DNA of 64,000 nucleotides from an uncultured delta proteobacterium (lineage in GTDB: Bacteria; Desulfobacterota; Syntrophia; Syntrophales; UBA2185), in assembly GCA_963695875.1 (NCBI GenBank), contig CAVOID010000008.1, positions 192,001 through 256,000 on the forward strand. Reading direction: 5' to 3'. Below, in pieces: positions 30,381-39,709 of the stretch; the first letter of the stretch is position 1; the number at the start of each line of letters is the position of its first letter. The notes under the pieces were generated by a model. It did not search any database. It saw only the letters and a list, made by a program, of their open reading frames with translations, and was not told the DNA's origin. Both the position numbers and the translations under genes were made by a program.

Positions 30381-31038
30381 ATGGGGGATATAATGAAAGG
30401 TATTCTTGCGAGATACAGAAAACATGGCTCCTTGTTCGCCGTTTTCATCGGACTCTTTATTCCGTGTCTTCTGTTGACCTTCCCCTCCTTGGCCGATGTC
30501 TATAGGTATGTCGATGAAAATGGAATCGTCCATTTGAGCAATGTCCCTACGAATCCCAAGTTCAAGGTCTGGATAAAAGAAGGGCCGGTTCATTTCCTGC
30601 CTGGGACTGATTTTACCGAGTACGATTCACTGATTGCAGAGACGGCCCGCAAGTACGGAGTGGACTTTGCTCTAGTGAAGGCCGTAATAAAAGCTGAATC
30701 CAATTTTAACCACAGGGCGGTCTCGAAAAAAGGCGCTAAAGGTCTCATGCAGCTTATGCCCCAGACAGCGTCAGTTCTGGGAGTAAACGACTGCTTTCAT
30801 CCCGAAGATAATATCGTTGGCGGCATACGCCATCTCTCCTATCTGATTGATCTTTACGGCGGCAGACTTAAAGCTTGCCTTGGCCGCATATAATGCCGGT
30901 GAAAATGCAGTCGCCAGGTATCGAGGTATCCCGCCTTACGCAGAAACCCGCACCTATGTACGTCGTGTCCTTGACAATTATGAGCGTTACAGGCATGAGC
31001 CCATAGTCGTTAAAGCCACTGTAAAGACAAGACAGTAA
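30381..31038 (+). CDS. Lytic transglycosylase (DUF4124 + SLT domain); apparent +1 frameshift near 30865
   Basis: [10 protein letters not shown]...[25 protein letters not shown]; continues LALAAYNAG...PPYAET..YV in the next frame. Confidence 0.88.
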
Positions 31039-31284
31039 TGTTTGTCATCCGTTCCCTGATAGATAAAGCAGATATTTGCCTGTCTGGATCAAGTTTTCCT
31101 CCCATAGAAAATAAGCCGGAAAAATGACACATTTCTTGCGTAACATCAGATCACATTCTTTAATTGAATTGAATTCGACAGCAAGCGCATTGCCCGTGGG
31201 ATTTGCGTATTGCATGCTCAAGGATAGTGGTGTATATAAACTAAGTTCATTTCCAAATAAGTTGCTGGTATCTTGAGACTTCTA

Positions 31285-31357
31285 GGAGTCAAGGAGTTGG
31301 GAATTTGAGGGATCGGAAATAATTACTGGAACCCTTGAATCCCTGAATCTTTGCACC
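31285..31357. repeat. Inverted pair of degenerate 8-bp tandem arrays upstream of gspE
   Basis: GGAGTCAA GGAGTTGG GAATTTGA GGGATCGG - spacer - CTGGAACC CTTGAATC CCTGAATC TTTGCACC. Confidence 0.6.
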
Positions 31358-31392
31358 CTGGTTTTTGTTAATAAGTTTCATACCAAGGAGTC

Positions 31393-32922
31393 ATGAATTT
31401 GAACAATTCCATACAAACTCTATCTGCCGAGGAACTTCCGAAGGTACCGCTTGTGTTGGATGGGTTGTCTACCCGGTTCATTCGTGAGCATAAGATCATC
31501 CCTCTGGAGATGAAGAATAACCTGCTCAAAGTGCTCATGGCCGATCCCGCAAACGGTGAGGTTATCGATTCCCTCCGGGTAGCCCTGTCTGTCGATGTAC
31601 AGGTTTATGGCGGAGACGGGAAAATGATTGACGATTTTATTTCCCGCTACTACAGCCAGGAGACCCAGGATATAGGGAAGATGATCGAAAACATCGATGA
31701 GAACGGGGTCGAGTTCGTCGGTGAAGAAGGGGAGGATGTCGGACATCTCAAGGATCTGGCTTCGGAAGCACCGATCATCAAGCTTGTGAACCTGTTGATT
31801 ACGCAGGCTGTGGAGAGCCGGGCCAGTGACATCCATATCGAGCCCTTTGAGGATGAATTGAAAGTGCGCTACCGTATCGACGGCGTTCTTCACAACATAG
31901 AATCGGTGCCGAAAAAACTACAGGCGGCCCTTGTTTCCCGGGTGAAGATCATGGCAAAACTGAACATCGCCGAGCGCCGCCTTCCCCAGGATGGCCGCAT
32001 CCGTCTCAAGGTCGGTGAAAAAGAGATCGACCTTCGCGTATCGAGTATCCCTATTATCTATGGCGAAAGCGTTGTCATGAGGATTCTCGACAAGGAAGGG
32101 ATCGTGATCGATCTCGATCAACTGGGATTTTCCGAAGAGACTCTCACCCCGTTTCGCAACCTCATCCGGAAACCCCACGGCATTATTCTTGTTACGGGTC
32201 CCACGGGAAGCGGGAAGACCACAACCCTTTACGGCGCGCTCGACAAGATCAATTCACCGGACAGAAAAATCATCACCGTCGAAGACCCGGTGGAGTATCA
32301 ACTCAAAGGCGTCAACCAGATACAGGTAAAACCCCAGATCGGCCTAAATTTTGCTAACACCCTGCGCCATATCGTCCGGCAGGACCCTGATGTCATCATG
32401 ATCGGCGAGATCCGGGACCTGGAAACGGCAGAGATTGCCGTCCAGTCATCTCTCACGGGCCACCTCGTATTTTCAACGCTTCACACGAACGACGCCCCCA
32501 GTGCCATTACGAGGCTCCTTGATATCGGTGTGGAGAGCTTCCTTCTTTCTTCCACAATCAGGGGCATTCTGGCGCAGCGGCTCGTCCGGATCATCTGCCC
32601 GCACTGCAAGGAAAAGGATCCCTCCGTGATGAGCCTGGAAGAACTGGCACCCTTCGGCATAGGCGCAGATGTCGATCTCTATCGGGGGAAAGGTTGCGAA
32701 AAATGTACTTTCACAGGCTACTTCGGCAGGACCGGTGTTTTCGAGCTGCTGGTCGTTGATGATGACATGCGTCGGCTGATTCTCCGGAGCGCGGATGCAA
32801 ACGAGCTCAGAAATATGGCAAGAAAGCTCGGCATGAAGACACTTCTTGAGGACGGCGCAGTCAAGGTCAGGAAGGGTCTCACCACCGTTAACGAAGTATT
32901 CAGGGTGACGCAGGAGGTATAA
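31393..32922 (+). CDS. gspE: Type II secretion ATPase GspE
   Basis: ASDIHIEP, AERRLPQDGRI, GPTGSGKTTT, RQDPDVIMIGEIRD, tetra-Cys motif. Confidence 0.95.
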   Translation: MNLNNSIQTLSAEELPKVPLVLDGLSTRFIREHKIIPLEMKNNLLKVLMADPANGEVIDSLRVALSVDVQVYGGDGKMIDDFISRYYSQETQDIGKMIENIDENGVEFVGEEGEDVGHLKDLASEAPIIKLVNLLITQAVESRASDIHIEPFEDELKVRYRIDGVLHNIESVPKKLQAALVSRVKIMAKLNIAERRLPQDGRIRLKVGEKEIDLRVSSIPIIYGESVVMRILDKEGIVIDLDQLGFSEETLTPFRNLIRKPHGIILVTGPTGSGKTTTLYGALDKINSPDRKIITVEDPVEYQLKGVNQIQVKPQIGLNFANTLRHIVRQDPDVIMIGEIRDLETAEIAVQSSLTGHLVFSTLHTNDAPSAITRLLDIGVESFLLSSTIRGILAQRLVRIICPHCKEKDPSVMSLEELAPFGIGADVDLYRGKGCEKCTFTGYFGRTGVFELLVVDDDMRRLILRSADANELRNMARKLGMKTLLEDGAVKVRKGLTTVNEVFRVTQEV

Positions 32923-34119
32923 ATGCCAGTCTTTGCCTACCGTTCAACCACCATGGAAGGGCAGATTGCAGAAGGGGTCATTGAGGCCCCCGACGAAAAG
33001 GCCGCCGTCGAGAGGCTGAAGAATACGGGAGTAATCCCGTTGGAGGTCAAGGCGCCACGCGAGGGCATTCTGAAGGCGAGACTCCGGCTGAGAGGAAGGA
33101 GAGTAGACCTGGTAACGTTCACGGCAGAGCTCTCCGCACTCCTGGGAGCGGGGCTTCCCCTGGATCGGAGCCTCAACATCCTGGCGGAAATATCCGAACA
33201 TAAAGAAATGAAAGATATTGTGCAATCCCTGCTCAGATCCATCCGGGAGGGGGGGTCTTTTTCCGAGGCGCTCCGGAAGCATCCCGATGTATTTTCTCTG
33301 CTTTATGTCAATATGGTCAGGGCCGGCGAGACCGGCGGCGTCCTCGATGTGATCCTGGAGCGCTTGAATGAATTCCTTGAATCGGCAAAGGAATTGCGGG
33401 ACCATGTGTTTTCTGCCATGATCTATCCCACGATACTTTTCTTTACCGGCGGGATTTCCATTATACTCCTCCTCACATTCGTCCTGCCCAGGTTCTCCGT
33501 AGTTTTTGCAGAGCTCGGAAGCTCTTTGCCCCTTTCGACGCAGATCCTCCTGGCGGTCAGTGAAACACTGCGGTCCTATGGCTGGATATTTTTCCTGGCC
33601 ATCGCCGGGGCATGGCTGATGTTCAGGAGTTACATCCGTTCCGACCGGGGGAGATACTGGTGGGATGCCATGAAGCTTAAGCTCATGGGAGATGTCATCA
33701 TAAAACTGGAAACGGCGCGTTTCTGCAGGACTTTGGGGACGCTCCTGGCCAGCGGTGTTCCTCTCCTACAGGCCTTGAGCAATTCCGGAGAAATCATCAG
33801 TAACCGGGCAGTCGCCGCGGCCGTCGAATGCGTATCCAAAGGAGCCAAAGAAGGGAAGGGCATTTCTTTTCCTCTGTCACAAACAAATGTCTTTCCCCAG
33901 TTGGCCCTCTCCATGATTAAGGTAGGCGAAGAGACAGGGCAGCTCGACCAGATGCTGATCCGGATTGCCGTGACTTATGAGAAAAGCCTCAGGCAGGCCA
34001 TCAAGCGCTTTATGGCCTTCCTGGAGCCGGTCCTGATACTCGTCATGGGGTTGGTCATAGGTTTTATCGTCGTTTCAGTGCTGCTGGCCATCTTCAGTAT
34101 CTCCGAACTGCCGTTTTGA
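32923..34119 (+). CDS. gspF: Type II secretion inner-membrane platform protein GspF
   Basis: GLPL, AGETGG.L, AMIYP, VGEETGQL, LEP. Confidence 0.93.
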   Translation: MPVFAYRSTTMEGQIAEGVIEAPDEKAAVERLKNTGVIPLEVKAPREGILKARLRLRGRRVDLVTFTAELSALLGAGLPLDRSLNILAEISEHKEMKDIVQSLLRSIREGGSFSEALRKHPDVFSLLYVNMVRAGETGGVLDVILERLNEFLESAKELRDHVFSAMIYPTILFFTGGISIILLLTFVLPRFSVVFAELGSSLPLSTQILLAVSETLRSYGWIFFLAIAGAWLMFRSYIRSDRGRYWWDAMKLKLMGDVIIKLETARFCRTLGTLLASGVPLLQALSNSGEIISNRAVAAAVECVSKGAKEGKGISFPLSQTNVFPQLALSMIKVGEETGQLDQMLIRIAVTYEKSLRQAIKRFMAFLEPVLILVMGLVIGFIVVSVLLAIFSISELPF

Positions 34120-34136
34120 GAAAAATAGAAAGCACA

Positions 34137-34160
34137 GGATTCAAGGGGTCGAGGGGTCAA
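34137..34160 (+). repeat. 8-bp tandem repeat (3 units) upstream of gspH
   Basis: GGATTCAA GGGGTCGA GGGGTCAA. Confidence 0.6.
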
Positions 34161-34176
34161 GTTATGTGGAATTGTT

Positions 34177-34623
34177 ATGGTTAAGAGCGACCACAGAAAG
34201 GATGGTTTCACGCTCCTGGAGCTGGTTATAGTCCTTTTTCTAATGACACTGATGCTGGGAATGTCTACGGTCTTCTTTGCCGGCCTCTTTCCCGCGGCAA
34301 AGCTTAACGCTACGGGACGGGAAGTGGCAGCCGCTATCCGTTACGCCCGCTCTCTGGCTCGCATGAGCATGGAAAAACAGACGGTCGTGATCGACATGGA
34401 TAACCAGGCCTATGGCATCGCAGGGCTGGGGTTAAAATATTTTCCACCGGAAACCCGTGTAATGGTTACCGACCCTATTGCGGGCGAGATGAACCGTGGC
34501 AAATATCCCATCGTTTTCCACCCCGCCGGAGGGATGGAAGGTGGAACCATAACAATCTTCGGCAAGAAAAAAGTGGTTAGGATTGAAACGGATCCCATCT
34601 CGGGAGCAGTGGTAATAAAATAA
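34177..34623 (+). CDS. gspH: Minor pseudopilin (GspH-like)
   Basis: G/FTLLELVIV prepilin motif; position in gsp operon. Confidence 0.8.
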   Translation: MVKSDHRKDGFTLLELVIVLFLMTLMLGMSTVFFAGLFPAAKLNATGREVAAAIRYARSLARMSMEKQTVVIDMDNQAYGIAGLGLKYFPPETRVMVTDPIAGEMNRGKYPIVFHPAGGMEGGTITIFGKKKVVRIETDPISGAVVIK

Positions 34624-34684
34624 ATGAAAAATGCAAAAGTAAAAATACAAAATGTGAATTGCAAAATTCGGATTGCAAAAGGAA
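34622..34684 (+). repeat. 7-bp tandem repeat (9 degenerate units) encoding the GspI leader
   Basis: AAATGAA AAATGCA AAAGTAA AAATACA AAATGTG AATTGCA AAATTCG GATTGCA AAAGGAA. Confidence 0.7.
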
Positions 34685-35091
34685 TAAACGGTGATGTCGG
34701 CTTTACACTCCTGGAGGTCCTGGTGGCTCTGTCCATCATCGCCATTGCCATCGTGCTCATCCTGCAGCTATATTCGTCAAATCTGCGGGCGGTTTCCATC
34801 TCCGGCGATACATCTGCTGCCGCCGTACGTGGGGATTCGCGGATGAGAGAAATCCTGGCCGAAGCGTCCCTTGCGGAAACATCATGGAGAGAAATTACGG
34901 AGGACGGCTACGGCATTGAAGTTTCCATCGCGGAAGTGCTGAAGGAAAGAACGGATAATCTTTCGATCAAAATGATGGAAGTCAACCTTACTGTCCGCTG
35001 GCGAGAGGGTATGAAGGAAAGAAGCCTTTATCTGAAAGCACAAAAATTGGTCGACAAGATAGCGCCCGCGGAACAAAGTTCCCCAGTGTAA
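34624..35091 (+). CDS. gspI: Minor pseudopilin (GspI-like)
   Basis: G/FTLLEVLVAL prepilin motif. Confidence 0.8.
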   Translation: MKNAKVKIQNVNCKIRIAKGINGDVGFTLLEVLVALSIIAIAIVLILQLYSSNLRAVSISGDTSAAAVRGDSRMREILAEASLAETSWREITEDGYGIEVSIAEVLKERTDNLSIKMMEVNLTVRWREGMKERSLYLKAQKLVDKIAPAEQSSPV

Positions 35092-35103
35092 ACTTAGAGA
35101 ATA

Positions 35104-35806
35104 ATGCATAACCCATCAAACATACATATAGCAGTGAAAAGGGAACAACGGCCATTCCCCGTCTCGGAAAGAGGATTTACGCTCCTGGAGCTTCTCATAG
35201 CAATTACACTGCTTGCACTTATTGTGGGAATCACGATGGGGGCTATGCGGATCGGCTCCCGATCGGTCGCTGCCGCAGAGAAAAAGATGGAGTCCCAGGA
35301 GAGATTCAGAACGGTCCTTTCCATCATCGATGCCCAGATTCAATCACAGGTTCCTCTCACTTATGAGGAAGAGGGAAACAAGCTGTACTATTTTCGGGGT
35401 GAGGGGAAGACCCTCAGTTTTTGCACAAACTACTCCATCTGGGGCGGCCAGAAGGGTTATGTCATCGTCGATTACAAAGTGGATAGAGATAATACCGGGC
35501 AGGAAGTTCTTTATGCCGGCGAACGTATACCGGGGCTTCAAGGCCGCCGGGAGACACGGTTGATGATGCGCATCCGGTATCTCTTTCGAATACTATCACA
35601 AGGACCTCACCGAGGAACAGGCAAAGTGGATGGAGACGTTGTCATCGGGGACGGCTATTCCCGAAAAGATACGGATACACATTATGCAGGGAGCAAAGAA
35701 ATTTTCCCTCGTATTTCCCGTCCGTGTCGGTGGGGAAATAGTGCAGGTAGCAGGGGGGGCGCCTGTCACAAATATTGGGGGAGGCACTCAACCCGCGCGG
35801 CACTGA
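35104..35806 (+). CDS. gspJ: Minor pseudopilin (GspJ-like); apparent +1 frameshift near 35565
   Basis: G/FTLLELLIAI; the +1 frame gives a typical C-terminus SGISFEYY...W...IPEKIRIHI ending at TGA 35806. Confidence 0.75.
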
Positions 35807-35834
35807 GATAGGCATCTGGCCTGTGTGCAACTAA

Positions 35835-36836
35835 ATGGAGAATAACTTTACTTTGCGAAGCAGAACGGTCGAAGAGTCACAGAAAGGTATTGCCCTTCTT
35901 CTTGTATTGTGGGTTATGGTAATCCTCATGGTGTCGGTTTTTTCCTTTTCCCTGATGACAAGGGCCGAGACTTACGGGACCCTTGCTTTCAAAGAGGCAA
36001 TGGAGAAAAAATTCCTCGCTGAAGCCGGAGTGGAGAGGGGCATCATGGAGATTATTTATCGCTCCGTCAACCAGAGTCAGACGCTTGTGCTTGGAGGTAA
36101 AGAGGTCTGGAAGGTCGATGGTACGGCCTATACGACGGAGACGGGAGGAGGAGGCTATGTTGTGCGACTCATCGATGAATCGGGAAAGATATCACTGAGC
36201 GGCCTGACCGACCAGAACGGCATCATTCTGAAGAATCTTCTGATCAATCAGGGGAGCACTCCGGAAAATTCCGATATCATCGTTGATTCCATCCTGGACT
36301 GGCAGGATGGCGATGATCTGCACCGACTGAACGGGGCTGAAAACGATTATTACATGTCTCTTCCGAATCCTTACAAGGCCAGAAATGCCGACATCGAAAC
36401 GCTGGAGGAGTTGATCCTTGTTAAGGGGATCACCCCGGAGATCCTATACGGAACGGAAAAGACGAAGGGGATCATTCGCTATCTCACGCTTTACGGCAAA
36501 ACAGGCGTGATCAACATCAATGCGGCTCCAAAGGAAGTGCTGGCGGCTATTCCGGGAATGAATGCCGATATGGTGGACCAGATCATCGAATTCAGGGCAT
36601 CTGCGGACATCAACGGCTTAGAGGATATCAAGAATATTATCGGCGCCAGTTACTCCCAGATGGCACCCTATATCAGCTTTGGGTCGGGAAGCTCATCGGG
36701 AGTGTATTCGGTGGAGGCAACAGGTTATAAAGGCTCTCAGAAAAGGGGATATTCAATTCTTGCTACGGTAATATTTGACAGCCCGCAGAAGTATAGATAT
36801 GTATATTATAAGACCCCGGTGGAAATCTTACAATGA
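35835..36836 (+). CDS. gspK: Minor pseudopilin GspK
   Basis: G/IALLLVLW, AEAGVE, DESGKI, ILDWQD.D, EELILVKG, ININAAP. Confidence 0.9.
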   Translation: MENNFTLRSRTVEESQKGIALLLVLWVMVILMVSVFSFSLMTRAETYGTLAFKEAMEKKFLAEAGVERGIMEIIYRSVNQSQTLVLGGKEVWKVDGTAYTTETGGGGYVVRLIDESGKISLSGLTDQNGIILKNLLINQGSTPENSDIIVDSILDWQDGDDLHRLNGAENDYYMSLPNPYKARNADIETLEELILVKGITPEILYGTEKTKGIIRYLTLYGKTGVININAAPKEVLAAIPGMNADMVDQIIEFRASADINGLEDIKNIIGASYSQMAPYISFGSGSSSGVYSVEATGYKGSQKRGYSILATVIFDSPQKYRYVYYKTPVEILQ

Positions 36837-38375
36837 CAACTGTAGAAACGCTCAAAAGATCCGAATCCTTCATCATGGCAGGTGTAGCAAAAGTACTACC
36901 GGTGGGGTTCCCCCCTGTGGAAGATTCTCTCCTTCAGCATCGCCGATGACCGTATTGCACCCAAGCAGTGTTTATCTGTTCAACTCAAGCCGGGTGGTGT
37001 ATATGTTGTTTATGGTTCCCGGTTTTTTTCCCGCATGAAAATACGGGACATGCGTCATTACCCTTTCGAGAAGGGGAAGTATCCAACACCGGAGAACCTT
37101 GCTTCCGCTATCGCCCTGGCCATAAACGATCTGAAGGCGGAGCGGGCGCAGGTGCTGCTTGTCGTTCCCAAGGCCTGGGCCATCTTGCAAACCGCGGATT
37201 TTCCGATCACTGTCAAGGATAATATCTCCAATGTCGTTGCCTTTGAGCTGGATCGGCTGACCCCGCTCTCCCCCGAAAAGGCCTTCTATGACTTCCGGGT
37301 CATTCTGGAGGAGGAAAGCCGCCTTCAGATCATGCTTGCCGCAATGAGCAGCGACAGGTTACAGCCCTATGTAGATGCCCTCCAGGAAAGGGGAATAACC
37401 ATCAAGCGGGTGGTTGTCGGCCTTCCTGCGCTGGGTACACTCAGCCATTATGTTCATGGAAAAGGAAATACGGGTTTTCTCGATATTCATGCTGATGGGT
37501 ATGAAGGCGGGCTAATCCGTGACGGCAAATTGAAAAACACATTTACCGGGAACTTGGCTGCCGGTAACGAGCAGGAGAAAATCAACATTATTATTGGTGA
37601 GATCAATACTATTCTGGATGCGATAAGAGAAGAGGGTGGAATGCCTTCCGAGGTCTTTATTAATTGTTCCTCATCCGGGAAGTGGAGGGCGGTTTTGCCG
37701 GATATGATCAATGCGCCGGTGCGGTTCTTTGGTGAGATAGATCTGAAGCTTCGCTTTTTAAAAACAAGAAATAAAGAAGAGATACCCCATACGGCCCTCG
37801 GCGGCGTTCTGGAATCCTTGTGGCCTGGGGCACAGGGGATGAACCTTCTCGACAGAGGCATTCATAAACCTGTGAAAACGCCTCTGGCTGCAACAATTAT
37901 CCTCATGTTTATTATTGCCGCTCTGGGGCTGTTCTGGTTGGTGTCACCTATCCAGATCGAAGAGAAGAGGATCGCGGGAATCGACAGGGAAATCTCCGCC
38001 CGGAAGGATGAAGTCAAGAAAATTGAGGCCCTTAAAAAAGATTTGGAAGGTGTGGAAAAAGAGGTATCCACTATTCGTGATTTCAAAGCTAACCGGCCCG
38101 TAGTGCTTAACCTGATGAAGGAGATGACCAGGGCTCTGCCTAAAAACACCTGGCTTTCCCGGATGCGAGTAACTGAATCCACCGTCGAAATTGAAGGCTA
38201 TGCCTCCTCAGCCACAGATATTTTGCCGAAGCTGGAGGCTTCACCGTTTTTCAAGAAAGTTGAATTTGCCTCACCCACATTCAGGGATACGAGGCTGAAT
38301 TCGGACCGCTTCATCATTAAAATGGAAATTGAAGGTTTACCGGAGGAAAAGGCAAAGAATGAAAAGAAAGAGTAA
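36833..38375 (+). CDS. gspL: GspL/PilN-like assembly protein; apparent +1 frameshift in the C6 run near 36910
   Basis: ATG 36833 overlaps the gspK stop and joins the ORF at 37035 if one C is removed; actin-like cytoplasmic part, MNLL, TM helix, LP..TWL...IEGYA PilN domain. Confidence 0.75.
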
Positions 38376-38913
38376 GATTCTGGTGATCGCCATTCCTCTC
38401 ATGGTCATCCTCCTCGGTACGGTCATATACCAGTATGGTTATCTGAAGGTCCAGTCGGATTTGACTGCCATGGAAGATACAGAATCCGTCAAGTTGAGAA
38501 CCCTGGAAAAATATATCAACCTGATCACCGACAAACCGCGCATCGAAGAGAAACTGGCGGCAACGAGGGAAACCAGAAAGGCGGAGAGCTCGAAAATGAT
38601 CGAGGGACAGACACCTTCTGTCGCTGCCGCTACTCTCCAGAATTCGGTCAAGGGCATGATCACGGCCAGAGGAGGAAGCATATCCAGCGATCGAGTCGAA
38701 AAACCTGAGGATGCGGGAAAGTTCAAAATGATCACTGTAACCGTTGACGCGGTGCTGCCCGATACGAGAGCCCTAGGCGACACTCTGTACGCCATAGAGA
38801 CGCAGACCCCCTATCTCGTTGTACGGGAGCTGGATACGAGGATCAGGAATTTCAAGGAGCCGCGGGATCTAATGGTCAAACTGAAGGTATCGGGACTGAC
38901 AGGAGGGAAATAA
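38359..38913 (+). CDS. gspM: GspM-like assembly protein
   Basis: N-terminal TM helix, coiled coil, AAATLQ...IETQTPYL.V..L; operon position. Confidence 0.7.
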   Translation: MKRKSKILVIAIPLMVILLGTVIYQYGYLKVQSDLTAMEDTESVKLRTLEKYINLITDKPRIEEKLAATRETRKAESSKMIEGQTPSVAAATLQNSVKGMITARGGSISSDRVEKPEDAGKFKMITVTVDAVLPDTRALGDTLYAIETQTPYLVVRELDTRIRNFKEPRDLMVKLKVSGLTGGK

Positions 38914-38914
38914 G

Positions 38915-39631
38915 ATGGTCCGGATAAGATACATCTTACAAAGCATAAATGTCCTCAATGGCCTACTTATCCTTGGTGTCGCCGTAGTATCTTATTTCAC
39001 AGTCCTTCCTTTCTTGAATCTGGATATCCAAATGTCCCTCCCCCAGGCGAAGGAACCGGCTGCCGCCTTCGGCGAAAAGCCCGCTCTCTTGTATAATCCC
39101 TCTCCTGCCGATTATGCTGTGATCAGCGACCAGAATCTTTTTCACCCGGAAAGGAAGATTCCTCCGGAAAAGGCAGAAGAGAAGGCGATTCCAAGACCGG
39201 AAGTGGTTCTCTACGGTACCCTGATTACGGATGATATGAGTATCGCTTATGTCGAAGACAGGAAAGCCCCGTACTCGACACCTGGGAGGGGGAAGAGGCA
39301 GATCGCCCTTAAAAAGGGGGATCATCTGAGCGGATATGTTCTACAGCAGGTCGAGGCGAACCGCATCGTCCTTGTCAAGGGGGAAGATAAAATCGTGGTG
39401 ATGTTGAATGACGGGGAAAAAAGAAAGGGAAGCGAAACCCCGACATCGCCTTCCCGGACAACACCCGGCGCCCCTACGCCGTCCGCATTTCCTTCACAAG
39501 TGTCTCCGCCAGCAGTTCCGCCTTACGCACCGGCTTTAACTACGCCAGGGACAGCACCGGGAGCGACCGGTACACAGACGCCTTATAGAACTAGAAGACC
39601 CTCTGTCATGCCGACGAGACCGGCACAGTAA
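38915..39631 (+). CDS. GspC-like membrane-anchored protein with Pro-rich tail
   Basis: TM anchor, NLFHPER, LYGT, GD.L.GY....VE; operon position. Confidence 0.55.
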   Translation: MVRIRYILQSINVLNGLLILGVAVVSYFTVLPFLNLDIQMSLPQAKEPAAAFGEKPALLYNPSPADYAVISDQNLFHPERKIPPEKAEEKAIPRPEVVLYGTLITDDMSIAYVEDRKAPYSTPGRGKRQIALKKGDHLSGYVLQQVEANRIVLVKGEDKIVVMLNDGEKRKGSETPTSPSRTTPGAPTPSAFPSQVSPPAVPPYAPALTTPGTAPGATGTQTPYRTRRPSVMPTRPAQ

Positions 39632-39709
39632 ACAATGCGCCTGTAATGGGCTGTCTGTTAGGGAAGCTGCACCAGGGGGATCATTTAACTGTGTCCACTG
39701 GTGGTTCGG

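Noticed and set aside
31180..31220. Sigma54 promoter for the gsp operon (possible PilR target)
   Set aside because: GG and GC are not at the required GG-N10-GC spacing
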